This document shows, one piece after another, positions 11,109 through 21,892 of a stretch of DNA of 64,000 nt (its first letter is position 1; every line of letters begins with the position of its first letter). The position numbers and the translations under genes are program-made. The stretch covers positions 828-64,827 of the forward strand of contig JACZJT010000048.1 of assembly GCA_014860445.1 (NCBI GenBank), read 5' to 3'. The DNA comes from Burkholderiales bacterium. GTDB taxonomy: Bacteria; Pseudomonadota; Gammaproteobacteria; Burkholderiales; SG8-39. The notes under the pieces are model-generated. The model worked only from the letters and a program-made list of their open reading frames with translations, had not been told where the DNA came from and did no database searches.

Positions 11109-12039
11109 GGAGCGCTGTGCGTCCGCTGCTGGCCGGTTGTACTCCCTGACGCCATCAGGTCTACTGAAAATTCAGCCAGCGTCAGCATTCCAAAAACGCA
11201 GGCCGTCACTTTCGACCCGGAAGAGCCGCTCAGCCTTTGGCACCATGTATGGCCGCTATGCACGAGGGAGCTGCCGCCCACGAATTCGCCGTCACATTCG
11301 GCTTGTCGACCTAGCCGGCCACTGGCGCTGTACTTGCGCATAGGCCAAAGGCTGCCAATGCGAGCGTCTGCTATCCGAAAGCACTAGGATCCGGGGTCAG
11401 AAGCAAGCCGAAGCAGGGCGGTAGCATAGACCACGGCTGTCACAAGAATCGCGCCCATCACGAGACGGCAATGCGCCATTTTGCCGAGATCACCCCTAGA
11501 GTGTTTTGAGGCGACTGATCTGGCAATTCATCGCAGGCGAAAAAAGTGCGACGGCCACCTCCTGCGCCCGCGGAGCGCGGCCAGTTCGAACGATCTGCGG
11601 ATAGGGCGACTCACGCCGGGTACTTAGATATGCGTGTGGAAGGCATCTACGACGATCGCAATAAACTCCTACGTCTTGGGGATCAATCAGACCGGATACC
11701 TTGGAGTGCGCGCTCATAGCCCTGAACTTCTCGGTCCACAAAGGAACCCACTTGGCGAAGCCATCTCGCAGCGGGTTCCAGTTACCCTTTGCGCGCAGCT
11801 GGTCCTACACCGACGTAACAGGTTCTAATTTCCTGACTGAATTCGCTCGTGGATTCGCGCGCATTGCCGTTCTCTCCTCAGGTTTGTTTTCTTGCATCGA
11901 TCGGTTTCGATGAAACTTGTCAGCTTCCAAAAGCATGAAGCACGCAAACCAGAAGAGCTTGGTTTGTCGAGACAATAGCATGCTGTTTTGAGACACTCGG
12001 TACTTAGTTCCGCTACAGTCTTTAGTCGGTAGCGCGTGT

Positions 12040-12855
12040 TCAGGCGATCGTCCCGCCATTCGGGCTGATAGTTTGGCCCACGATAAAAGCTGCTTCATCG
12101 CTTGCCAGATACAGTGCGAGAGACGCAAATTCCTCGATCGTCCCCATGCGCCCGGCGGGAATCCGTTGCAGCAGACGCTGTTGCACTTCGGGGGAAAACT
12201 GGTTCCAGATTTCGGTCGTGATCGCCCCGGCCGCGATGCAATTGACATTGACTCCGGCGCCGATGACCTCCAGCGCGACCGAGCGCGTGAAGGCCACTAC
12301 TCCGCCTTTCGAGGCGGAGTAGTGAGGGCTGTGGAACGACTGGCCGGAGATGCCTGCCGTGGAAGCAATATTCACGATCTTTCCATAGCGCTTCGGTTCC
12401 ATGATTTTCAGCGCTTCGCGCGTGCAGTAAAAAACCCCGTTCAGGTTCACCGCAATCATCTGCGCCCAAGTCTCGTCGCTCATATTGCGCGTCACCTCGA
12501 GCGAACGCTTCGGCGCCGGCGTCGTCGTCAGTTCGAGAAACCCCAAGCGCGCTTTGGCGCTTTCCTTGTCCGACGGCGTCCGCGCTGCATTGTTGACGAG
12601 AATGTCGAGCGTACCGAAGCGCTCGACAATACGCTCGAACATTGTCTTCACGTCCTGGCTTGACGAAACGTCTCCGGTGACACCCAAGCCGATGCCGCCA
12701 TCGCTCGCAATTTCTTCCACCGTTGCGTCTACCGCGTCCTTGCCACGTCCGTTCACGGCCACACGCGCCCCTTCCCGGGCGAACGCGTGCGCAATGCCGC
12801 GACCGAGACCCGCAGAAGCCCCAGTTACGAGTACGACTTTGTCTTTGAACGTCAC
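12040..12855 (-). CDS. SDR family oxidoreductase (FabG-like)
   Basis: TGASAGLG, NNA, YSASK, PAGRMG. Confidence 0.9.
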   Translation of the reverse strand: MTFKDKVVLVTGASAGLGRGIAHAFAREGARVAVNGRGKDAVDATVEEIASDGGIGLGVTGDVSSSQDVKTMFERIVERFGTLDILVNNAARTPSDKESAKARLGFLELTTTPAPKRSLEVTRNMSDETWAQMIAVNLNGVFYCTREALKIMEPKRYGKIVNIASTAGISGQSFHSPHYSASKGGVVAFTRSVALEVIGAGVNVNCIAAGAITTEIWNQFSPEVQQRLLQRIPAGRMGTIEEFASLALYLASDEAAFIVGQTISPNGGTIA

Positions 12856-12911
12856 CGATCTTGACTCCTCATTTTTCTCGCGTGCAAATGGCCCTCAAGG
12901 TTCATGAAATG

Positions 12912-14414
12912 TCATTCTTGGAATGCTGCTTCACGGGTCTTGCGCACGGCTGGCAGGATCGTAAGGAGCAGCAGCGCCATGGCGACGATCAATAGCACAC
13001 CGCTAATCGGTTTGGTGAAGAATACGGTCGCATCGCCGTGGGAAATCAGCATCGCCCGGCGCATGTGCTCCTCCATCAGTGGTCCGAGGATGAACCCCAG
13101 AATCAGCGGCGCCGGCTCGCATTCCAGTTTAACGAAAACATAACCCAATATTCCAAATAGTCCGGCAAGCAACATGTCGAACGTCTGGTTCGCCATACTG
13201 TAGACGCCAACGCTGCAAAACAGCACGATCGACGGGTAGAGCAGCCGGTAAGGCACGGTCAACAGCTTTACCCAGATGCCGATCAGCGGCAGGTTGAGGA
13301 TCACCAGCATCAGGTTGCCGATCCACATGCTAACGATCAAGCCCCAGAAGAGTTCCGGGTTCTCCGTCAGCACCTGTGGCCCGGGTGCAATGCCCTGGAT
13401 CATCATCGCGCCTATCATCAGCGCCATCACCACGTTGGAGGGGATACCTAGGGTGAGCATGGGAATGAAAGAAGTCTGCGATCCGGCATTGTTCGCCGAT
13501 TCCGGCGCTGCGACGCCGCGGATTTCACCCTTGCCGAAATTGGAGGGATCGCCAATTTTCTTTTCCACCGTATATGCTGCAAAAGAGGCCAGCATTGCCC
13601 CGCCACCCGGTAGGATGCCCAGCACCGAACCGACTGCCGTACCGCGCAAAACCGCGCCGGAACTGTCCTTCAAGTCCTTCCAGGTCGGCATTAGATTGGT
13701 AACCTTGTTAACGAATACCTCGCGCGCCGTGCCCTGCTCAAGATTGCTAATGACCTCGGCGAAAGCGAAAAATCCCATGGCGATGATGACAAAGCCGATC
13801 CCGTCGGAGAGCTCCGGAAAACCGAAGGAAAAGCGATCCATCCCGGAATTGACATCAGTGCCGACCAGACCCAGCAGCAGCCCGAAAAGGGTCATCGAAA
13901 GCGCCTTGATCAGAGAGCCGTGCGCGAGCACCGTTGCGCCGACCAAGCCCAAAACCATCAGAGAGAAATACTCGGCTGGACCGAATTTGAGTGCAAACTC
14001 GGCCAGCGGCGGCGCAAACAGCGCGATCACAATGGTGGCGACGCAGCCGGCGAAGAACGAGCCCAGGGCCGCAATCGCCAGCGCCGGACCGGCGCGACCC
14101 CGGCGCGCCATCTGGTAACCTTCCAGGCAGGTAATCACCGAGGACGCCTCCCCAGGAATATTAACCAGGATCGACGTGGTTGACCCGCCGTATTGCGCAC
14201 CATAGTAAATGCCGGCGAGCATGATCAAGGCCGAAATCGGCGGTAGACTGAACGTCACCGGCAGAAGCATCGCGATGGTCACCAGAGGCCCAATGCCGGG
14301 CAGCACTCCGATCAGCGTCCCGAGCAGCACGCCGAGGAAACAATACATCAGATTTTGCGCGGTCAACGCTACGCCAAAGCCGATGCCGAGGTTGTGAAGC
14401 AGCGCAAAGTCCAT
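12912..14414 (-). CDS. tctA: Tripartite tricarboxylate transporter permease TctA
   Basis: GTLIGVLPGIG, YYGAQYGGS, APESANNA, MLTLGIP. Confidence 0.93.
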   Translation of the reverse strand: MDFALLHNLGIGFGVALTAQNLMYCFLGVLLGTLIGVLPGIGPLVTIAMLLPVTFSLPPISALIMLAGIYYGAQYGGSTTSILVNIPGEASSVITCLEGYQMARRGRAGPALAIAALGSFFAGCVATIVIALFAPPLAEFALKFGPAEYFSLMVLGLVGATVLAHGSLIKALSMTLFGLLLGLVGTDVNSGMDRFSFGFPELSDGIGFVIIAMGFFAFAEVISNLEQGTAREVFVNKVTNLMPTWKDLKDSSGAVLRGTAVGSVLGILPGGGAMLASFAAYTVEKKIGDPSNFGKGEIRGVAAPESANNAGSQTSFIPMLTLGIPSNVVMALMIGAMMIQGIAPGPQVLTENPELFWGLIVSMWIGNLMLVILNLPLIGIWVKLLTVPYRLLYPSIVLFCSVGVYSMANQTFDMLLAGLFGILGYVFVKLECEPAPLILGFILGPLMEEHMRRAMLISHGDATVFFTKPISGVLLIVAMALLLLTILPAVRKTREAAFQE

Positions 14415-14416
14415 GG

Positions 14417-15016
14417 CTACTGTCCCGGCCACAAGTTGTACGGCATCGACAGGCCTTTAACGAATACCAGCACGGCAAACAGCACCAGTACTAAGGTTAG
14501 AATCAGAATTTCCTTTTTACGAAAATCATGTCCCCCCGCCGCGCTTATTACGACCAGTAGTACGGTCGCGAGAACCAGGCCCAGCGGCTCGAGTGCGTAG
14601 CCGAAAACCAATACTGAGAGCAGCACCAGGGGCAATGACTTTGGTCCGAAAGCGCCGAAGAACAGCGCCAGCGCCAGCGCGCTGAGCACATACTTGGCCA
14701 GCGGCGCCCCCTTGAACCAGCTATCTGCGAAGTAGATCACGCCTCCGAGCGCTAGTGCGGCGACCAGCAACGGCAGCCGGAGTGGGAATACCTTGAGGGT
14801 ATGCTCGAATTTGGATATGAACGAGCGAAACAGTACGCTCGCCCCGAGTATCGCGAGCAGACCGCCCACGATCACCGGGAAATACGCGGGCCCCATGCGC
14901 GCTGCGGTGCCCATCGGATAGTTGAACGCGATTAACGTAAAACTTATGCCGAAACCGGCAAACATCAGGCCGGCCCAGAAGTCCTTGCCGTTCCTTACTT
15001 TCATCTTCTCCTCCAT
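14417..15016 (-). CDS. tctB: Tripartite tricarboxylate transporter TctB
   Basis: KDFWAGLMF...MGPAYFP; hydrophobic; adjacent to tctA. Confidence 0.88.
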   Translation of the reverse strand: MEEKMKVRNGKDFWAGLMFAGFGISFTLIAFNYPMGTAARMGPAYFPVIVGGLLAILGASVLFRSFISKFEHTLKVFPLRLPLLVAALALGGVIYFADSWFKGAPLAKYVLSALALALFFGAFGPKSLPLVLLSVLVFGYALEPLGLVLATVLLVVISAAGGHDFRKKEILILTLVLVLFAVLVFVKGLSMPYNLWPGQ

Positions 15017-15183
15017 CGTCTAATGCGTGAATGCACTGTTATTTTTGCGTGACCAAAAAGCCATGCTGCCGCGAAGCACAAAGTGACTACTCAAGCTTTT
15101 AGCGATCACGAAGAAGTAACAACTACAGGTTTTCGCAGGAATTCCAGTTAGCTGCCAATCGGGTGATTTCGGTAATGGGCGTT

Positions 15184-15630
15184 TCAGTCGTACTGCTGCG
15201 TCACCCACTCCGCCACGCAAACCGGCTTGTCCGATCCCTCACGCTCCACGGTCACTCCCCAGGTGAGCTGTCTTCCGCCCTTGATATTTGCGAATCGGGC
15301 GAGCACGAAACGCCCGCGGATGCGCGAGCCGGCCGGAACGGCATCAGTGAAGCGCACCCGATTCAGTCCGTAGTTGACACCCATTCTTAGCCGGCTCATG
15401 TCGATCGTGTTCTGCAGCAGGCGCGACAGCAGCGACAGCGTTAGAAAGCCGTGCGCGATGGTGCCGCCATAGGGCGACTCGCGCCCGGCCCGCTCCGGGT
15501 CGACATGGATCCACTGCGTATCACCTATGGCGTTGGCGAATTGGTCGATGCGGTCCTGGCCGACCTCAAGCCAGGGCGAAACACCGATCTCCTGGCCGAC
15601 GTGCAGATGCAGTTGAGTAACGTCGTTCAT
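15184..15630 (-). CDS. MaoC family (R)-enoyl-CoA hydratase/dehydratase
   Basis: FANAIGDTQWIHVDPE, TIAHGFLTLSL, NYGLNRVRF. Confidence 0.9.
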   Translation of the reverse strand: MNDVTQLHLHVGQEIGVSPWLEVGQDRIDQFANAIGDTQWIHVDPERAGRESPYGGTIAHGFLTLSLLSRLLQNTIDMSRLRMGVNYGLNRVRFTDAVPAGSRIRGRFVLARFANIKGGRQLTWGVTVEREGSDKPVCVAEWVTQQYD

Positions 15631-15735
15631 CCGGGGCATCGCTTTTGCGATTTGCGATTGCTCATATCGCACAACGCAACGGCATCGGGCGGAAAGCCGC
15701 AGAGTCGACAGTTTGTGAAGATGCTGACGCACTCA

Positions 15736-16629
15736 TTAGCGCTTGCGAGCCTGCTTGAGCGAAGCCCAGTTCTCGTCAGTCCAGGAAAAGAGATCGTCGA
15801 GATCCATGGCCTTGATGCCGCGGCCGCCATCGATGGTAATCATGTCGCCGTTGACATAGGAAGCGGCATCCGAGGTCAGGAATGCGCACATATTGGCGAA
15901 TTCGTCATGCTCGCCGAAGCGACCTAGCGGAATGTTCCGGGTGAAATCGTAGGACTTGATTCGCTCTTCCGGTAGTAATTGGCCGAATGCGCCCGGCGTT
16001 GGAAAGATGCCCGGGGCGATGGCGACGCAGCGTATGCCTTTGGGGCCCCATTCGACCGCGAGACTCCGCGTCATGGCCAACATCGCCGACTTGGCCATGG
16101 TAAGCGGGACCGTGAAAGCGCGACCCAAACTGGTGGCGCCTGAGGCAAGCACATTGAGTATGACGCCGCCTCGTTTGGCCCCGATCCAGCGTTTGCCTGC
16201 AGCCAGCACGCAATACGCATTGCCGCTCAATGCAATGCTGATGATCGTGTCGAAGGCACGTGCGGAAAGAGTCTCGGTGCGGGCAAGAAAATTTGCCCCT
16301 GCATTGTTGATGAGAATGTCCAGCGCACCTTCGGCCCAGATTGCGTCGAACATAGACTCGACTTGAGCGCTGTCGCGGATGTCGCAGCGAAGCGGCGTAA
16401 CTTGTGCGCCGGTTTCCTCGGTGATTTCCTTGGTGGTATTCCGCAGAATCTCTTCGCGCCGACCGCAAATGTAAACGGTGGCGCCCAGTTGTGCCATGCG
16501 GTACGTAACTGCGCGACCCAAGCCGGTGCCGCCGCCGGTTACCAGCACGCGCTTGCCGTCCATCAGGTCTGCGCGAAACGGAATCCGATTGATTTCGATC
16601 GTCATATTTCCCTCAGGTATTTCAGACAT
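15736..16629 (-). CDS. SDR oxidoreductase, 2,4-dienoyl-CoA reductase-like
   Basis: TGGGTGLG, NNAGANF, SLAVEWG, IAPGIFPT. Confidence 0.82.
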   Translation of the reverse strand: MSEIPEGNMTIEINRIPFRADLMDGKRVLVTGGGTGLGRAVTYRMAQLGATVYICGRREEILRNTTKEITEETGAQVTPLRCDIRDSAQVESMFDAIWAEGALDILINNAGANFLARTETLSARAFDTIISIALSGNAYCVLAAGKRWIGAKRGGVILNVLASGATSLGRAFTVPLTMAKSAMLAMTRSLAVEWGPKGIRCVAIAPGIFPTPGAFGQLLPEERIKSYDFTRNIPLGRFGEHDEFANMCAFLTSDAASYVNGDMITIDGGRGIKAMDLDDLFSWTDENWASLKQARKR

Positions 16630-17449
16630 GATTCGGTATTGCTTCGGCTGCCGGACTGTCGAACTTCTCCCAAATGAACTCTAGCTGCTCCTTGTTATTG
16701 AAACGTCGCACAGCTTCGCGAACATAAGGGTCGCTGCGCAACCTGCTTTGTGCAGAAGCCTCGAACTCCGACATTACGTGGAAATCCACGTTGAACGACC
16801 GGTTGAGTGCCCGTTTGGCCATGCCGATGGCGACAGTGGAGGCATGGCAAAAGCGGCGCGCGAGCGACCTGGCTTCGGTTTGCAGCGAATCCGAGGAAAC
16901 GAGCCGGAACACAATGCCCAAGTTCTTGGCTTCATCCGCGCCGAGTATCCGCGCAGAAAACATGAGTTCCTTGGCTCGCTGCAGCCCCACAATGCGGGGC
17001 AGCAGGAAAAGCCCGCCGAAATCAGGTACCAGACCCATGCGGCCAAAGACCTGGCAGAATTTGGCCCTGGGAGTCGCGAGAATGAAATCGGCAGCGAGCG
17101 CCAGGTTGCAGCCCGCTCCAAACGCGGGTCCGTCGACTGCGGCAATAACGGGCTTCGGCATTTCTATGAGCCGATACAGCAACTCGTGGACTCGGTCGAA
17201 TCGAAGCTTGTCTTCGGCGAAAGAAGGATTGCTGCCCTGCATGGCCTTGATATCGCCACCGGAGCAGAAGGATCCGCCGCTGCCGGTGAGGATTAGTGCC
17301 TTCACCTCCACGTCTTCGAGCACCCTCGCAACCACGTCAGCCAGCTCCCTGTGCACTTCGGCAGTGATCGAATTGCGTGCCTCGGGGCGATTCAGCGTGA
17401 TAGTGGCGATTGCGTCGCTAACGTCATAGGCAATGCTGCTATAAGTCAT
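16622..17449 (-). CDS. Enoyl-CoA hydratase/isomerase family protein
   Basis: ITLNRPEARN, FCSGGDIK, AAVDGPAFGAG, GLVPDFGG. Confidence 0.9.
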   Translation of the reverse strand: MTYSSIAYDVSDAIATITLNRPEARNSITAEVHRELADVVARVLEDVEVKALILTGSGGSFCSGGDIKAMQGSNPSFAEDKLRFDRVHELLYRLIEMPKPVIAAVDGPAFGAGCNLALAADFILATPRAKFCQVFGRMGLVPDFGGLFLLPRIVGLQRAKELMFSARILGADEAKNLGIVFRLVSSDSLQTEARSLARRFCHASTVAIGMAKRALNRSFNVDFHVMSEFEASAQSRLRSDPYVREAVRRFNNKEQLEFIWEKFDSPAAEAIPNHV

Positions 17450-17626
17450 GAGTCTTCCTTTCTCATTTCTGCGTGCTGTGTATGCCCAAGCACGGACTAC
17501 GCTGAACAACGGCGGTGTCGCGGCCCGTGCTTTTCGGATTCGGTCCAGCAGCGGCTGACCGTGCTTGGGCAATGGCGATATTGTGGCCCGCTCCTTCGGC
17601 CGGAACTGCGCGTGTATCCAAGCAAC

Positions 17627-18445
17627 TCACCGCGCCGCGCGCCTGACCTCGCCGCCGGCGACGACAATCGCCTCGCCGCTGATCCAACGCCCATGCGGGC
17701 CGCACAGGAATCGCACCAGCTCTGCGACTTCTTCAGCGGTTCCCGGCCGTTTGATCGGAATTGAGGACAGCCGCTGTTCCCACTTGCCCTCAGCGCGCAA
17801 GGCGTCGACGCGGGCTGTGTCGAGAAAACCGGGCGCGATCACGTTGCAGGTGATGCCGTGCGGGCCCAATTCGTCGGCCAGCGACGCGTTCAAGGCGTGC
17901 AAGGCTGCCTTGGATGCCGCATATGCACCTGTGGTGGCGGGGGCCACCATGGCCGCAATCGACGAAATGCTGACGATGCTGCCGCCCCGCCCCTGTGCGA
18001 TCATCTGCTTTGCCACGTATTTGCTGACGATCATGGTGCCGGTGAGATTGACATCGATCACTTTTCGCCAGAGAACTTCGTCGAGATCGACGACTGACAC
18101 CCGGTCAGCGGCCCTAGGATAAGTGGCATTGTTGACGAGGATATCTATGTGACCGAATCGCTCGACCGTCTGGGCGACCATGTTCTGAACTTCTCCGATA
18201 TGCGTTACATCCGCATGGACGCCGTGTCCGCGTACGCCGAGCGCTTCGATCGCCGCAACCAAATCGGGAAGGCCGCGCCAGCCGGACTTCACCTCGTCCT
18301 CTGGGGCGCCGCCGGCCGAATGCCCGCTGCCTGTGACCACCACATTCGCTCCCGCGCGCGCCAGTGCGAGCGCGATCGCAGCGCCTAGGCCGCGCTTGCG
18401 TGTGGCGCCACTGACGACTGCAACTTTGTCTCTAAGTTCATGCAT
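17627..18445 (-). CDS. SDR family oxidoreductase
   Basis: SGATRKRGLG, NNA, YAASK, NVIAPG. Confidence 0.88.
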   Translation of the reverse strand: MHELRDKVAVVSGATRKRGLGAAIALALARAGANVVVTGSGHSAGGAPEDEVKSGWRGLPDLVAAIEALGVRGHGVHADVTHIGEVQNMVAQTVERFGHIDILVNNATYPRAADRVSVVDLDEVLWRKVIDVNLTGTMIVSKYVAKQMIAQGRGGSIVSISSIAAMVAPATTGAYAASKAALHALNASLADELGPHGITCNVIAPGFLDTARVDALRAEGKWEQRLSSIPIKRPGTAEEVAELVRFLCGPHGRWISGEAIVVAGGEVRRAAR

Positions 18446-18696
18446 CAAATTCCGCCGACTCTAACGGTCCGCCGATTAAGCTTTTTCAAACGATATTGTG
18501 TTTGCGCACAATATTGCTCCTGTCGTTCAGGTCGCTGCCTACCGCCTCGGCGAACTGCTCAAGCGCCTTGACCGCAGATGCGCCAGATCGAGTCGCGTGA
18601 ATCGTTCCATCATTTCGGAGAACATCAATCTTCTTGATCTCGAGAAGATCGACATAGCTTAAATCCCCTATATGTCCGGAAGGGCAAATTCGGAGG

Positions 18697-19242
18697 CTAT
18701 GCTGCTACGGTGCCAAGATTCACCTCGTAGCCCAGACGCAGCGCCTTGAGGTTGGTCTCCGCGCGCCCGGGTGCGCGAGCTCGGACGGCCCGGGTGATCT
18801 CATCCAGGGTCAGCAAGCCGGTGAGGCGCGCAAACACGCCGAGCGAGACGATGTTTGCGCATTTGCGAAAACCCACGTCGTCGGCGAGCTTGGTCATCGG
18901 CGCCCAGTGAATCGTGACGCCTTTCTGGAAGGACGAAACGTCGTTTACCATGATGTCGTCGACAATCACGCAACTCCCCGGCCTCATGGCTGCGGCATGC
19001 TGCTTTACCGCATCCTGCGCCATTGCGACCAGCACATCCGGATGCAGCACCCAGGGGACGATAATCTTCTGGTCGCTGAACGCGACGTCGCCCTGGGCGG
19101 AGCCCCCGGAAATGCTGGCGGCGTATTCCTGCGTCTGCACCACCTGATAGTCTTTCACGATCCCCAGGGCCTCGGCGAGAATAACGCTGCACGACACCAT
19201 GCCCTGGCTTCCGACCCCTGCGAAGCGGATTTCCGTTCTCAT
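18697..19242 (-). CDS. 2-oxoacid:ferredoxin oxidoreductase gamma subunit
   Basis: EIRFAGVGSQG, PDVLVAM, ANIVSLG. Confidence 0.88.
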   Translation of the reverse strand: MRTEIRFAGVGSQGMVSCSVILAEALGIVKDYQVVQTQEYAASISGGSAQGDVAFSDQKIIVPWVLHPDVLVAMAQDAVKQHAAAMRPGSCVIVDDIMVNDVSSFQKGVTIHWAPMTKLADDVGFRKCANIVSLGVFARLTGLLTLDEITRAVRARAPGRAETNLKALRLGYEVNLGTVAA

Positions 19243-20168
19243 GATTTAGCCTTTCCCGTCACCTTGGCCATGGCTTTGGCGCGCAGCTTGGCGTACTCCT
19301 CGGTGTACTCGGGCTTTTGTTCCTTGTTCAACACGCCGAGAACGAACTTTACGTTCTTCTCGTCCTCACTGTAGATGGGAATGTCGAAGCGCTCGTCCTC
19401 GGGAACACTTGAAGTATTCAGAACCGAGTTGTCCTTGTAGAAGCGCATCATGTCCATGGCTTCGGGCATGCCGTTGCGGCGGCCCCATAGCACGTGGCAG
19501 TGCTGCATCACCTCGACGAACGCGAACCCCTTCCATTCGATAGCATCGGCAATCATCTTCGTCAGATGCGCGGGGTGCGCAACCGTGCTGCGCGCGACGA
19601 AGCTCGCGCCGGCGCCGATGGCGAGCTTGCAGGCGTCGAACGCGGGCTCGGGCATGCCCAGAGTCGAGGTGTCGGTTTTGCTGCCCAAGGGAGTAGTGGG
19701 GGCGAATTGCCCGCCGGTGTCGCCGAAGTTGTAGTTGTTGAAGCAGATTACCGTAATGTCAATGTTGCGTCTTGCGGCATGGATGAAGTGATTGCCTCCG
19801 ATCGCCAGCAGGTCGCCGTCGCCTTGCAGAGTCACTACCGTCAGCTCGGGCCGCGCGAGCTTCATCCCCATTGCATAAGCGCACCCTCTGCCGTGGGATC
19901 CGTGGATGTGGTTCGACTTGAAATAATGGCCCATCACCGAGTAGCAACCGCTGCCGCCGGCGGTAGCTACCTTGGTGATATCCACGCCGGCGCGATGGAA
20001 GGCGCGCATGATCGCGCTTTGCGCCATGCCCAGACCGCAGCCCGGGCAGTAGCGGAACTGCCTGGCCGGGATCTCTGCGTACAGTTCGACCAGTTCATCG
20101 AGGGGCCGTTGGAGATCTAGCTTCTTCTTCACAGGCTTGATCGCAGGCATCTCACTTTGCACGCTCAT
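19239..20168 (-). CDS. 2-oxoacid:ferredoxin oxidoreductase beta (TPP-binding) subunit
   Basis: YCPGCG, HGR, GDGDLLAIGGNHFIHAARRN, NNYNFGDTGGQ. Confidence 0.92.
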   Translation of the reverse strand: MSVQSEMPAIKPVKKKLDLQRPLDELVELYAEIPARQFRYCPGCGLGMAQSAIMRAFHRAGVDITKVATAGGSGCYSVMGHYFKSNHIHGSHGRGCAYAMGMKLARPELTVVTLQGDGDLLAIGGNHFIHAARRNIDITVICFNNYNFGDTGGQFAPTTPLGSKTDTSTLGMPEPAFDACKLAIGAGASFVARSTVAHPAHLTKMIADAIEWKGFAFVEVMQHCHVLWGRRNGMPEAMDMMRFYKDNSVLNTSSVPEDERFDIPIYSEDEKNVKFVLGVLNKEQKPEYTEEYAKLRAKAMAKVTGKAKS

Positions 20169-21319
20169 GACAGAACCTCCTTGGTCTTTTCGAGTATTTG
20201 CGCCGGCGTAATAGTGATGCTGTCGACGCGATTCACGCCCACGATCTTGATGCCGGTGTTCGCCAGCGCGCTGCCGACGAGCAGGCGCACCTGACCCAAA
20301 TTCATTTCCGGCACCACCACCGCTCGGGCTTTGGCGCAGCAGGTACGCACGATATCCTCCGGGAACGGCCAGACAGTGATCAATCGCAGCACGCCTGCCT
20401 TAATGCCCTTGGCTCGCGCCTCGTGCATGGCGCCGATGGCCGACAGGGCCTGGGTGCCGAAGGCGATGTACACGATTTCCGCATCTTCGGTCATGAGCTG
20501 TTCGAACAGCGTGATTTCATTCTTTCTATCGAGTATCTTCTGGTGCAGTCGCCGGATGGTGAAGTCCTGGTCATCTTCGCTAAGCCCGAGAACGCTGATA
20601 TCGCCCCCGCCCCGGCGGGAGATGCCAACTGACGACAGGATGCTCTTGTAGCCGGCGCCGAAATCCGCGATGGGCGGCACGTCCGAAAGCGCGTTCGCGT
20701 TGTAGTTGCCGAGAAATTCGTCCGGCTGCACGCTTGGCCTGGGTCGTTCTGCCAATTTGATGTCATCGTAGTCGGGCAAATCGACGACTGCCCGTTGCAG
20801 GCCTAGCATCCCTTCACCGAGCACGATGACCACGGTGCGCAGCATTTCGGAAAAATTGACCGCCTTCACGGTAAGCCAGAACGCCTCTTCGACCGAGGAT
20901 GGGGACAGAACGACGGCGGGTACCTCTCCGTTCGACCCATAGCGCGATTGCATCACCTCCATCTGACCCGAGCGGGTGGCATTGCCGATCCCCGGGCCGG
21001 CGCGCTGCACATTGATCACCACCAGCGGGATCTCGGCAACGATCGACTGGCCCAGCTCGTTCTGCATCAAGGCCATGCCCGGCCCCGCGCTGGCCGTGGC
21101 GGACTTCACCCCGGTGGCTGAGGCGCCCATGATCGCGCCCATGCTGCCCAGTTCGTCCTCCATCTGCACGTAGGTGCCGCCTACCTCCGGCATGCGGCGC
21201 GACATGGCCTCGGCAATTTCAGTCGCCGGCGTGATGGGGTAACCCGCGTAGAAGCGAACTCCGCCGGCGATCAGGCCTTCGCAGAAAGCGTCGTTTCCCA
21301 GCAACAGTCTTTTTGTCAT
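20165..21319 (-). CDS. 2-oxoacid:ferredoxin oxidoreductase alpha subunit
   Basis: GYPITPATEIAE, QMEDELGS, VQRAGPGIG, PEMNLGQ. Confidence 0.92.
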   Translation of the reverse strand: MTKRLLLGNDAFCEGLIAGGVRFYAGYPITPATEIAEAMSRRMPEVGGTYVQMEDELGSMGAIMGASATGVKSATASAGPGMALMQNELGQSIVAEIPLVVINVQRAGPGIGNATRSGQMEVMQSRYGSNGEVPAVVLSPSSVEEAFWLTVKAVNFSEMLRTVVIVLGEGMLGLQRAVVDLPDYDDIKLAERPRPSVQPDEFLGNYNANALSDVPPIADFGAGYKSILSSVGISRRGGGDISVLGLSEDDQDFTIRRLHQKILDRKNEITLFEQLMTEDAEIVYIAFGTQALSAIGAMHEARAKGIKAGVLRLITVWPFPEDIVRTCCAKARAVVVPEMNLGQVRLLVGSALANTGIKIVGVNRVDSITITPAQILEKTKEVLS

Positions 21320-21576
21320 GACGCGGCCTCGCTGAGTTCTTCTGCCCGGGTCCCGCCGGGTTCGAGCGCGGCAGGCTTCACCACAATCGCCCAGTCCGGG
21401 CACAGCCATTCGCACAATCTGCAGCCGGTGCAAGCTTCTATGTCTTTGATGATGGCCTTGTTCAAGGGGGGTTTCCAGCCGAGCACTTTGGGTTCGCAGA
21501 TCTCCCAGCAGACGGCACAGGACCGGCACCGCGCCTCGCTTATCTCGACGGTGAAACTGCGTTTTATCTTTGCCAT
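21316..21576 (-). CDS. 4Fe-4S dicluster ferredoxin (oxidoreductase delta subunit)
   Basis: CRSCAVCWEIC and CTGCRLCEWLCPD. Confidence 0.9.
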   Translation of the reverse strand: MAKIKRSFTVEISEARCRSCAVCWEICEPKVLGWKPPLNKAIIKDIEACTGCRLCEWLCPDWAIVVKPAALEPGGTRAEELSEAAS

Positions 21577-21892
21577 TGATTACTCCCTAGTCTAAGCAAC
21601 GGTTACCGCCAACTCGTGAGGGATGTTTCTTTCACGGTTGTCTCGCAGGTGTGGCTAGTTACGTGTACTCCACTCAAACAAAATAATGCACATTCATTAT
21701 CTTAGTGCCACAGCAATCACAGTGTCAAATCTAATATAGAGAATGACTATCATCCTTACTAATTGTTTATAATAAGTTTTTATAACATAATCTAGTTGAC
21801 ATGCGGCACGGCCTCTAGGTAGTCTATTAATGCAAGTCAATTATTTCGTGTTAGATAAGATTGTCGGCGATGAGCACAAAGGAGGAGGCGAA

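Noticed and set aside
11340-12030. Coding gene left of the SDR cluster
   Set aside because: Only short stop-interrupted frames without recognisable motifs; possibly a decayed gene, but unsupported.
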